A DNA stretch of 64,000 nucleotides from an uncultured Chloroflexia bacterium. GTDB taxonomy: Bacteria; Chloroflexota; Limnocylindria; Limnocylindrales; CSP1-4. The notes under the pieces are model-generated. The model was not told where the DNA came from. It saw only the letters and a program-made list of their open reading frames with translations, and did not search any database. Of this stretch, positions 32,941 through 41,684 are shown piece by piece. The translations under genes and the position numbers were made by a program. Position 1 is the stretch's first letter; every line of letters starts with the position of its first letter. The DNA is taken from NCBI GenBank assembly GCA_963833225.1, contig CAWHXD010000008.1:384001-448000 (forward strand). Reading direction: 5' to 3'.

Positions 32941-33921
32941 TCAGCCGAGCGCATTGATCGAGGCCATGAAGAACGTGACGCCAAGCAGGCCGGCGAGGAT
33001 GCCCACGATCCAGAACCGGAGCGCGATCTTCTCCTCGTCCCAGCCGCCCAGCTCGAAATGGTGGTGGAGCGGGGCCATGCGGAACACCCGCTTGCCGCCC
33101 GAGATCTTGAAGTACCCGATCTGGATGATGTCGCTGGTCGTCTCGACCACGAAGATGAGGCCGATGATCGGCAGCACCAGGATCTGGCCGGTGATCAGGG
33201 CGATGACGGCCAGGGTTGCCCCCAGGCTGAGCGACCCGGAGTCACCCATGAACACCTGGGCCGGGTGGACGTTGAACCACAGGAACCCGAGCAGGGCGCC
33301 GATGATCAACGCGCACAGGAACGCCGTGTTCGGCTGGGCGGGCACGTTAAGCAGCGCGATGATCATGAACGACACGAACGCGAACGCGAGGGTGCCGCCG
33401 GCGAGGCCATCGAGGCCGTCCGTGATGTTCACGCCGTTGGACGCCGCCACGATCGCGAACGCGGCAAATGGCACGTAGATGAACGGCTCGATGAACACGT
33501 CGCCAACGAACGGCACCCGGATCTCGGTGATCTGGTAGGTGCTCTGGATCTGCCAGGCCACGAACACCGCGACGACCGACTGCCAGAGGAGCTTGTGGCG
33601 GGCACGGATGCCCTCGCCGGTCCGGGCGTTGAGGTAGTCGTCCACCGCGCCAAGGAGGCCCACCAGGGCGAGCGTCGCGAGCGGCGCGATGATGCCGCCC
33701 TGGACCGGCCAGCGCAGCAGGAGGAAGATCCCGAGCACCACGCTGATGATCAGCAGGCCGCCCATCGTGGGGGTCCCCCACTTGATCATGTGGCTCTGCG
33801 GGCCCTCCTCGCGGATCTGCTTGGCGTAGCCGAGGTGGCGAAGCAGCCGGATGTAGGGCGGCATCAGGATGACCACCAGGGCGAAGGCGAGGAGCAGCCC
33901 CTGGATCAGCTCGAGCGTCAT
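32941..33921 (-). CDS. mraY: Phospho-MurNAc-pentapeptide transferase
   Basis: GTPTMGG, DDY, NGVNITDGLDGL, FMGDSGS, MAPLHHHFE. Confidence 0.97.
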   Translation of the reverse strand: MTLELIQGLLLAFALVVILMPPYIRLLRHLGYAKQIREEGPQSHMIKWGTPTMGGLLIISVVLGIFLLLRWPVQGGIIAPLATLALVGLLGAVDDYLNARTGEGIRARHKLLWQSVVAVFVAWQIQSTYQITEIRVPFVGDVFIEPFIYVPFAAFAIVAASNGVNITDGLDGLAGGTLAFAFVSFMIIALLNVPAQPNTAFLCALIIGALLGFLWFNVHPAQVFMGDSGSLSLGATLAVIALITGQILVLPIIGLIFVVETTSDIIQIGYFKISGGKRVFRMAPLHHHFELGGWDEEKIALRFWIVGILAGLLGVTFFMASINALG

Positions 33922-35378
33922 GCTCGTGCCGCTCCATCGTCGGCAACGAGCGAGTCCACCACCCACTCGAGCTCCACGCCGCGGGACGCCTTGACCAGGA
34001 CCACGTCGCCCTCGCGGCAGGCGGCGCGCACGTGCGAGACGGCCCCCGCCCGGTCCGCGGCAGCCAGGATGCAGCGGGGATCCATGCCGGCGTCCCGGGC
34101 GCCCGCGACGATGCCCTCCGCGGCACCGCCAGGTTCGCCATCGACCACGACCAGCAGGTCCAGGACCCGCGCGGCCGCCTCGCCAACCTCGCGGTGGCCG
34201 GCGTCATGCCCGTCACCCAGCTCGCGCATCTCGCCCAGCACCGCGACGTGGCGTCCCGGCAGGCCGGCCAGGAGCTCGAGGGCGGCGCGCATGGAGCCCG
34301 GGGAGGCGTTGTAGGCGTCGTCGACGATGGTCAGGCCGTGCGCCCGCACGACGGCCGACCGGTGCGGGGCCGACGACGGGGTCGCCAGGCCCGGGACGAT
34401 CTCGTCGAGGGTCATCCCGGCGGCCAGGCCGGCGGCAGTCGCGGCGAGCGCGTTATGGACGGCGAGCCGGCCCAGCCCCGGGATCGCGACGTCTCGTTCG
34501 CCGGCGGGTGTCCGCAGGTGGAACCGCATTCCGTCGAACCCGGCAGACACGATCGCGCCGGCGGTGATTTCCGCGGCGGCTGCGAGCCCATAGGTGACGA
34601 CGCGGGCGGCAGTCCGGCCGGCCATGCGGGCCACGCGGTCGTCATCGGCGTTGAGGATGGCGACCCCGCCGTCGGCGGCGCCCGGGAGGGCCTCGACGAG
34701 CTCGGCCTTCGCGTCCTCGATCGCGCCAAGGCTGCCGATGCGCGAGAGATGCACGGGCTGCACCGCGGTGACGATCCCGATCGATGGCCGCCCGATGGCC
34801 GCGAGGTCGCGGATCTCGCCGCCGGCGTACATCCCCATCTCGAGGACGGCGGCACCATGGTGCGGGCCCAGGTCCAGGACGGTCAGGGGCAGGCCGACCT
34901 CGTTGTTGCGGTTGCCCTCGGTCCGCAGGGTGACGAAGCGGCTCGCAAGCACGCCCGCCACGGCCTCCTTGGTCGACGTCTTCGCGATGCTGCCCGTGAT
35001 CCCCACCACGATCGGCGAGAAGCGGAGCCGCCAGGCCGCCGCGATCGCCTGCAGGGCACGCAGGGCATCCGGCACTCGGACGATGCTCAGGTCTCCGAGC
35101 TCGTCGAACGGCGGCTCGCCGGCGGCCGCGTCGGGGTCACGGGTCACCAGCACCGCGGCCGCGCCCGCGTCCGCAGCCGCCCGGAGGAACCGGTGGCCGT
35201 CGGTGCGCTCGCCGGGGAGGGCGACGAACAGGGTTCCCGGCCGGACCAGGCGCGAGTCCACCGCGCCACCCCGGATCGGCCGCGAGCTCCGGCGGACGAG
35301 TGTCCCACCCGTCGCGTCGAGCAGGTCATCGGCCGCCAGGGCCGGCGTTGGGGCGGGCGTCCGTGCGGGGTCCGTCAC
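33918..35378 (-). CDS. murF: UDP-MurNAc-tripeptide--D-Ala-D-Ala ligase
   Basis: DSR, GERTDGH, GITGSIAKTSTKE, NNEVGLP, EMG, DDAYNASP, LGEMRELG, VKASRG. Confidence 0.95.
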   Translation of the reverse strand: MTDPARTPAPTPALAADDLLDATGGTLVRRSSRPIRGGAVDSRLVRPGTLFVALPGERTDGHRFLRAAADAGAAAVLVTRDPDAAAGEPPFDELGDLSIVRVPDALRALQAIAAAWRLRFSPIVVGITGSIAKTSTKEAVAGVLASRFVTLRTEGNRNNEVGLPLTVLDLGPHHGAAVLEMGMYAGGEIRDLAAIGRPSIGIVTAVQPVHLSRIGSLGAIEDAKAELVEALPGAADGGVAILNADDDRVARMAGRTAARVVTYGLAAAAEITAGAIVSAGFDGMRFHLRTPAGERDVAIPGLGRLAVHNALAATAAGLAAGMTLDEIVPGLATPSSAPHRSAVVRAHGLTIVDDAYNASPGSMRAALELLAGLPGRHVAVLGEMRELGDGHDAGHREVGEAAARVLDLLVVVDGEPGGAAEGIVAGARDAGMDPRCILAAADRAGAVSHVRAACREGDVVLVKASRGVELEWVVDSLVADDGAARA

Positions 35379-35404
35379 GGGATCGAGTGTCGCACAGGCC
35401 CGCG

Positions 35405-37233
35405 TCACGGGTAGACCGTGAAGGCGGGGATGGCATGTACCTCGGGGACGAGGTCGGGCGTGGTGATGGCGTCGTGGGCGATGCGCCGGAACAGCTCGAA
35501 GCTCATCACCGGCATCTCGAGCTGCCCCCGCCGGACAACGGTCGGCGTCCCCTCCTCGATCCGGATCGCCACCACGAGATCCGGCCGCCCGGCTTGGCGG
35601 GCGACGTATCCCACGAACGAGTAGTTGAACAGGTTCACCTTCCAGGCGCCGGCCGCGCTGTCCCAGATCTGCGCGGTGCCGGTCTTGCCGCCAACCTCGA
35701 AGCCCTTGATCAGGGTCCGGTCACGGTAGAAGCTCACCTTGGTGATCACCTTGTCCATCATGGTCATCAGCTCTCGGGAGACCCGCTCGGACATCACCCG
35801 GCCGCGGATGATGGGGGTCGTCTCGAGATCGCCGATCGACTTCACGACCCGTGGCTGGACCAGGACGCCCCCGTTGAGCATCGCGCCGTAGGCCTGGGCG
35901 AGCTGGATGGGCGTGACGGCAACCCCCTGCCCGAAGGCACCGTTGGCGAGGTCGATCTCCCGCCACGGCTGCTGCGACGGGTCATGCACGAATTCCTTTG
36001 ACCTCGTTGGCGACGTCGATGCCGGTCGGCGCGCCAAAGCCGAGCTTGCGCCAGGTGCTGAACAGCCGCTGGCTTGACTCCTTGGTATTCCGGCCGAGAC
36101 CAAGCGCGACCTTGGCGGCAACCACGTTGCGCGAGAAGGCGATCTGGGTGACAAAGGTCTTGAACCCGTTCGACAGGTGGTCGGCGTTGTCCACGTGGGT
36201 GCGCCCGCCATCGAGCTGCAGCGTCCCCTGGTCCTGGATCTTCGTCTTGAGCGTGACCGTGCCCAGGCCGAGCGCAGCGGTCGCGGTCAGCATCTTGAAC
36301 ACCGAACCCGGCTCGTAGACGGTCGACACGATGGGGTCCACGAAGACGCCCGGATCCTCGGCTGCGATGGTCGCATACTGGTTCGCGTCGTACGACGGAT
36401 AGCTCGCGTAGGCGAACACCTCGCCCGTGTACGGGTCCATGACGACCGCCGATACCCGCTTGGCCCGGTCCGCGATCCAGGCGGCCAGCAGCTCCTGCTC
36501 AACGGCGACCTGGAGCGAGGCATCGATGGTCAGGGTGAGGTTCTTGCCCGGCACGCCCTCCTCGATCACCACCGTGGTATCCGGGACGGTATTGCCCAGC
36601 GCATCATGCTGCGCGGCAACCACCGTCTTGCGGCCGGCGAGATCGCCCTGGTAGTACTGCTCCACGCCGTACTGGCCGGTGCCTCCGCGATTCACGAAGC
36701 CCAGGAGATGGGCGGCGAGCGTCGACCGGGGGGCGCCGCCAGGCTGCGGGTACAGGCGCACGCTCTCCGGCTCCAGCAGCAGCCCTTCCAGCTCGGGATT
36801 GGGGCCGGCCGAGAGGCGGCGGATGAGATCGGAGGTTTCCGGCTCCAGGTCGCGCGCAAGGACCTTGTACTGGCTCTCGGAGATCATCTTGAGCGGTCAG
36901 GCTGGCCGCGGCGTCGCCCTCCAGGCCCAGGATCCGGACCAGGCTCGCGGCCACCAGGCGGCGCCGCAGGGAGGAGAGCCTGACGGGGTTGGCCGCAAGC
37001 CGGTCGCGCTCGACGCTCGTGGCCAGGACCACGGTTCCCGTGCGGTCGTAGATCGAGCCCCGCTTGGCCGGGATCTCGTAGGTCATCGACGACTGCTTCT
37101 TCGCCGCGTCCGAGAGGTCTTGCCGGCGGACCACCTGCCAGTAGGCGAGGCGCGCGCCGAGGCTCCCCGCCAGGACGACGAAGATCAGGAGCAGCAGCAG
37201 CGCCCGGGTGCGGGAGTCGGTCCGGCCAAGCAT
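35405..37233 (-). CDS. ftsI: Class B penicillin-binding protein (FtsI/PBP3), split by two +1 frameshifts near 36892 and 35992 that are likely artefacts
   Basis: Three consecutive frames: TM plus KRGSIYDR; GVEQYY...YEPGSVFK (SxxK)...SRN (SxN); FGQG...GKTGTAQ (KTG). Confidence 0.9.
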
Positions 37234-37248
37234 TCGACGCGGGTGGCG

Positions 37249-37632
37249 CTAGCGAGCCGGGATGATGAGCGGTTCTGGCAGCGCACCGAGGCCGGCGTCG
37301 ATCGCCTGCTTGCGGATGGCCGGCGCCTTGCCGAGCCGGTTGAGCTCGTTGTACAGGTCCTGTGCCTGGGCCTCGAGGCGAAGGTGCACGGCGGACAGCT
37401 GGTCGAGCTTGTAGCCGGTGGCCGACACCATGACGTCCTGCGACAGCGAGAAGAAGGCGCCCGCGAACCCGACCACGATGACCGCGAGCACGATCGAGAT
37501 CCGTGACGGACCGCGGCGAGCGCGGACGGCCGCTCGCGTTCGACGCCGAGGAAGGACCGGTGCCCGCAACTCCACGCGCGGCCGCCGCGGAAGGACGATC
37601 GGGCGCTGGCGCGCGCCCTCGTAGACCGCCAT
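37249..37632 (-). CDS. ftsL: Cell division protein FtsL-like
   Basis: Basic N-terminus, one TM and a coiled coil; lies directly upstream of ftsI. Confidence 0.7.
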   Translation of the reverse strand: MAVYEGARQRPIVLPRRPRVELRAPVLPRRRTRAAVRARRGPSRISIVLAVIVVGFAGAFFSLSQDVMVSATGYKLDQLSAVHLRLEAQAQDLYNELNRLGKAPAIRKQAIDAGLGALPEPLIIPAR

Positions 37633-37634
37633 GC

Positions 37635-37832
37635 CTAGTCGCCCAGCGCGTAGTGCAGGCGCGGCGAACGCGGATCGATCAGGCCCAGCCGGTCGGCGAT
37701 CGCGGCCGGTCCGAGATCATCGGACAGGGCGTCGTCGGTGACGGGGACGAGGTCGCGCCCGCGACGCTCGTGCAGCTCGTGCTGGCGGCGACCGTAGGAC
37801 TTGCGGCGGTTGTGCTGATGACGCTTGCTCAC
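37635..37832 (-). CDS. Small hypothetical basic protein (65 aa) in the dcw operon
   Basis: Strong GGAGGAGGAG RBS before the GTG; stop lies 2 nt before the ftsL ATG. The frame is also open to a GTG at 37943 overlapping the rsmH stop. Confidence 0.65.
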   Translation of the reverse strand: MSKRHQHNRRKSYGRRQHELHERRGRDLVPVTDDALSDDLGPAAIADRLGLIDPRSPRLHYALGD

Positions 37833-37939
37833 GGGACTCCTCCTCCGTGGGCTCGGCCGGCGATGTCGCCGGCTCGGCGAGTGATACGGGTGGGGCGCGT
37901 CGGGCCGTGGGTCTGTTCCTGGTGGTCGCTCCTTCCGTG

Positions 37940-38884
37940 TCACGCGGCGAGCCGCTCGGCCGCACGCAGTCGGGCGCTCCTGGCCCGTGGGTTCGCGGTG
38001 ATCTCCTCGGCCGTCGGCACCAGCGACGGCCTGGTGACGAGACGGAGGCGGGGCGCCTTGCCGCAGATGCACACCGGCGCCTCGGGCGCACACGTGCATC
38101 CCCGCCGCTCGGCGGCCAGGAACCGCTTCACGATCCGGTCCTCGAGCGAGTGGTAGGAGAGGACGACGAGGCGGCCGCCGGGCCGCAGCAGGTCAACCGC
38201 CGCGGCGAGGCCGTCCTCGAGCGCGTCCAGCTCTTCGTTGACGGCGATCCGGAGCGCCTGGAACACGCGCGTCGCGGGGTGAATGCGCCTCGGCCGGCGG
38301 GGGTTGTCCGGCAGGGTCCGCTCCACGAGTGCCGCCAGCTCCTCGGCCGTCTCGATCGATGCCGTCGCCCGTGCCGCAACGATGGCCTTCGCGATCCGCC
38401 ACGCGGATGGCTCCTCGCCGTACCGGCGGAACAGGGCTGCCAGCTCGTCGGCCGTCAGGGTCGCCAGCAGCTCGGCGGCCGGGACGCCGCCAGCCGTGTC
38501 GAACCGCATGTCGAGCGGCCCGCCGGCACGGAACCCGAAGCCCCGCTCACGATCCGCGAGCTGGAACGACGACAGGCCGAGGTCGAACAGGGCGCCGTCG
38601 ACGGCGCCGAAGCCGGCGTCCGGCGCGACCATGGCCAGCTCCCGGAAGTTCGCCCGCCGCAGGACCAGGCGGTCACCGAACCGGGCCAGCCGCTGTCCAA
38701 CGCGTTCGATGGCCGCGCCGTCCGCGTCGAGGCCCAGCACCCGGCCATCGGGGCTGGCGGCCTCCAGGATCCGCTCGGTGTGCCCACCGCCGCCGACCGT
38801 CGTGTCGATCTGCAGGCTGCCGGCTGACGGGGCCAGGGTCGCGATGACCTCGACCGGCATCACCGGCAAATGCCCTTCCTGCAT
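37940..38884 (-). CDS. rsmH: 16S rRNA (cytosine1402-N4)-methyltransferase
   Basis: HLPVM, DTTVGGGGH, DLGLSSFQL, LDMRFD, HPATRVFQALRIAVN, YHSLEDRIVK, NPRARSARLR. Confidence 0.97.
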   Translation of the reverse strand: MQEGHLPVMPVEVIATLAPSAGSLQIDTTVGGGGHTERILEAASPDGRVLGLDADGAAIERVGQRLARFGDRLVLRRANFRELAMVAPDAGFGAVDGALFDLGLSSFQLADRERGFGFRAGGPLDMRFDTAGGVPAAELLATLTADELAALFRRYGEEPSAWRIAKAIVAARATASIETAEELAALVERTLPDNPRRPRRIHPATRVFQALRIAVNEELDALEDGLAAAVDLLRPGGRLVVLSYHSLEDRIVKRFLAAERRGCTCAPEAPVCICGKAPRLRLVTRPSLVPTAEEITANPRARSARLRAAERLAA

Positions 38885-38946
38885 CACTCCTCCACGGTTC
38901 GGATAGCGGATCCCGGGCGGACCCTGGAAGCGCATGTGGTGCGACG

Positions 38947-39375
38947 TCAGATCCCCAGGCCCGCGATGGCGGCCGCAAAGGCCGACGGATCCTCGAGCGC
39001 CTGGCTGTACTCCTCCCACCGCGCCGGGGCCCAGATCTCGGCGTGGTCCCGACTGCCCAGGACCATCGCCTCGCTCACGAGGCCCGCGAATGCGCGCAGG
39101 CCCTGCGGAACGAGCACCCGGCCCTGGCGGTCGAGCTCCGTCTCCTGGGCCCCCGCGAACAGCTGCCGCTGCAGCAGCCGGGCGTTGGGATCGGTCATGG
39201 GCAGGCTCCCCACCTTCGTCGAGAGCAGCTCCCAGGCCGGCATCGGGAAGATCGCGAGACAGGTGTCGAGCCACCTCGCGACCACGCAGCCACCCTCGAG
39301 CTGGGCGCGGAAGCGGGCAGGGACAGCGAGGCGCCCCTTCTCGTCGACCGCATGCCGGTACTCGCCGGTGAACAC
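38947..39375 (-). CDS. mraZ: Transcriptional regulator MraZ
   Basis: FTGEYRHAVDEKGRL and LDRQGRV (two DxxGR repeats). Confidence 0.97.
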   Translation of the reverse strand: MFTGEYRHAVDEKGRLAVPARFRAQLEGGCVVARWLDTCLAIFPMPAWELLSTKVGSLPMTDPNARLLQRQLFAGAQETELDRQGRVLVPQGLRAFAGLVSEAMVLGSRDHAEIWAPARWEEYSQALEDPSAFAAAIAGLGI

Positions 39376-39451
39376 CGCGTCCCGTCACTCCTGACATCGG
39401 GCGACGCCGGGTGAGTGATCAACCTGGGTCCTGGTGGCGGTCTGCCCGCCG

Positions 39452-39481
39452 CATTCCCCACTTTCCACCACTTTGCGCCAC
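39452..39481 (-). promoter_or_regulatory. MraZ binding repeats (three GTGG boxes with 10-bp period)
   Basis: Minus strand GTGGCGCAAA-GTGGTGGAAA-GTGGGGAATG, just downstream of the mraZ promoter. Confidence 0.85.
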
Positions 39482-39489
39482 TGCTTGGC

Positions 39490-39517
39490 ATTCTAGCGCG
39501 GTAATGGGGGCCGTCAA
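39490..39517 (-). promoter_or_regulatory. Housekeeping-sigma promoter of the mraZ/dcw operon
   Basis: TTGACG-N16-TAGAAT on the minus strand. Confidence 0.75.
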
Positions 39518-39589
39518 TGGGCGAAATCGCACGAGGTGCGCGTTTCGAGGCCGTCGTCGGGTCGCGGGGAGCAAGCCCGCGAGGGTCGC

Positions 39590-39722
39590 CGCGGGGCCGG
39601 GGACCGCGGGGGTCGCGGCGGCGCTGGGCCGGGGGCGCGGGGGCCGCGGGGGCCGGGGGGCGCGGGGTCGGGGCGCGGGGTCGGGGCGCGGGGTCGGGCC
39701 GGTGAGGACGCCGCGGGGCCGG
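39590..39722 (+). repeat. G-run-rich low-complexity tract including about three copies of CGCGGGGTCGGGG
   Basis: More than ten G3-G6 runs on one strand; 13-bp tandem unit at 39661-39698. Confidence 0.8.
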
Positions 39723-39844
39723 GCCGCTTCATCGTGCGTACCCTGCGCGAGGTCGGGCCGTGGGGCGCAGGCTCAAGCGTCTGGACGAGGCGCTCGCCGG
39801 CGCCGAGATCGACGGCGGCCAGCGGCGGCGAAAGCGCGAATGTG

Positions 39845-39974
39845 CCAGATATCACCCCAAGCCTATGCACGGACGGCAAATCGGTCTCGGAGGCTCCGAA
39901 TATCACCCGGGGGTGATATAGCGGCCCACACGGGTCGTGGGCCCGTGCGTGTAGTTGCTGGGGGTGATATCTGG
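39845..39974. repeat. 130-bp symmetric nested inverted-repeat element
   Basis: Outer arms CCAGATATCACCCC (39845-39858) and GGGGTGATATCTGG (39961-39974); central ATATCACCC-GG-GGGTGATAT (39900-39919). Confidence 0.85.
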
Positions 39975-40181
39975 GGCGAACTGACGGGCGGGACGCGGGT
40001 CGCAGGCGGGACGGCGGGACGGGGGGGCGGCCCGCCCCAGCTGGCCAGCGAGCCGAGAGCAGGGTTCGGTCGCGGTCGCCCAGGCCGATCCCGGGGGCCT
40101 CGCCGCCGACGCCACCGTCGCGGCCCGGTCGAAGCTCGGTCGGATGCCGTCGTTCTCCGCGCTAGCGCGTGGGCGGTGGCA

Positions 40182-41030
40182 TCAGCGCGTGGGCGGCGGC
40201 ATCCGGATCTCGTCGCCAACCCGCAGGTGCTTGTCCGGGTACTGCGGGTTCCACGCGTAGATGGTGGACAGCGGATGCCCGAAGTAGTGGGCGATCGAGT
40301 ACAGGTTGTCGCCCGAGCGAACCGTATAGATCCAGCAGTCGCTGCGGTCGGGGCACGCCTCCAGCAGCTTGTACCGGTCGCTCTCTGGCTTCGCGCTCGC
40401 CCCGGGAGTGGGCGTCGGGGTTGGCTGGACCGCGGGCGAGGGCGACGGGGTCGGGGCCAGCGACGGGGTCGGGGCCAGCGACGGGACGAGGGTCGGAGAC
40501 GCGGCGCCGACCACGCTCGGCTCCGCCGACGGCGCCGTCGTGATCGATGCCGGCGCGCCACTTGAGACGGACGGTTCGGTCACCTGGGGCGTCGGGGTTG
40601 CCACGATCGCCAGGGGACTCTCACCGGCACCGACGACCGGCATGGCAATGCCACCGCGCTGGACGACGAATCCGAAGGAGATCCCGGCGCTCAGGATCAG
40701 GATCAGGAGCGCTGCGAGCGTCGCTCGCGGCACGGTCGGCACGGTCCGAGCCGGAGGCGCCGAATCCCCCACCATGGCGCCGCGGAGGTAGCGCGGGCAG
40801 TCGGCATGGGCGACGCGCAGGCACACGAGCTCCTGCTGGCGGAGGGACTGCGGCCGGGCTGACCCGATCGCGACACACGCCTGGTCATCCGAGGGACTGG
40901 AGAACGGCGCCAGCAGCGCGTCGCCGGTGTCGCGGCGGAGGAACGGGCACACGGAGGGGTCTGGCGAGCGGGCGGCATCGCCGAACACCGGGAGCGCGGG
41001 GCGCATCGCCGACTGCCCGGATGCAGCCAC
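40182..41030 (-). CDS. Membrane-anchored LysM protein with Cys-rich N-terminus (start uncertain: 41084 CTG, 41030 GTG or 41006 ATG)
   Basis: CPFL..C..C...HADCPRY; TM; Pro/Thr linker; LysM YTVRSGDNLYSIAHYFG...NP...LRVGDEIRMP. Confidence 0.85.
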   Translation of the reverse strand: MAASGQSAMRPALPVFGDAARSPDPSVCPFLRRDTGDALLAPFSSPSDDQACVAIGSARPQSLRQQELVCLRVAHADCPRYLRGAMVGDSAPPARTVPTVPRATLAALLILILSAGISFGFVVQRGGIAMPVVGAGESPLAIVATPTPQVTEPSVSSGAPASITTAPSAEPSVVGAASPTLVPSLAPTPSLAPTPSPSPAVQPTPTPTPGASAKPESDRYKLLEACPDRSDCWIYTVRSGDNLYSIAHYFGHPLSTIYAWNPQYPDKHLRVGDEIRMPPPTR

Positions 41031-41265
41031 ATGATCGTGATCGCCGGTCCGGTCCGCGCCCGCGTCTTCGGGTTCTTCGCTCAGCGCCCTGTCCCTCCCA
41101 GTGCTGCCATGGCCTCCCCCGAACGGCGCGAGTCTAGTACCTCCGGACCCTTGCCGGGTCGGAATCCCGGGTGCTAGGCTGCGCGTCCGCTAGTGCCGCA
41201 CCCGTTGCAGGCAGCGGTACAGTTGGCCACGGCCACCTACCGGGAAGAGATCGAGCCAAAGTCCA

Positions 41266-41520
41266 ATGGCCATGCCCCTCGCCGAACCGACCCAGCTCCA
41301 CCCGCGCGAAGCCGAGCTCTCGCACCTGGCGCCGCATCGCATCAAGCGCTGCACGTACCGCCGGTTGATCTCGATCGAGCGGCCGCAGGAGCGCCTCTAC
41401 GAGGTCGAGTGCCTCTACCCGGACCGCCAGGTGCCGATCCCCCTGGGTGATCTCGACACCAGCATGCCGATCTGCAACGCCTGCACCGCCGCGCACACCT
41501 TCCGCGCGGACGAGGACTAG
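41266..41520 (+). CDS. Small four-Cys hypothetical protein
   Basis: Coding-like GC3 bias; RCTY...ECLY...ICNAC; divergent from the LysM gene. Confidence 0.7.
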   Translation: MAMPLAEPTQLHPREAELSHLAPHRIKRCTYRRLISIERPQERLYEVECLYPDRQVPIPLGDLDTSMPICNACTAAHTFRADED

Positions 41521-41684
41521 CCACCAGATCCCTGCCGACCGGAGCGCGCACAGGGTTGTCCTGACCCCCGGGAATCGTGCATCATCGGCGCACGCCCGAC
41601 GTCCCATGGCCCGATTGACGTCGGCCCGTATCGTTCCCGGGGGTTCCTGACGTGGGTGTCCGAGCGCATCGGACCGGCGCGCTG

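Noticed and set aside
35405-37233. ftsI as a true pseudogene or programmed-frameshift gene
   Set aside because: All catalytic motifs are intact, there are no slippery sequences, and both shifts fit the merged-allele artefact pattern.
39901-39918. Resemblance of TATCACCC..GGGTGATA to phage lambda operators
   Set aside because: The spacing differs (18 versus 17 bp) and there are no phage genes nearby; probably coincidental.
40440-40490. 18-bp tandem repeats in the LysM gene, and GGGP repeats at 43550-43740, as CRISPR-like arrays
   Set aside because: They are in-frame linker-coding repeats with no unique spacers and no cas genes.
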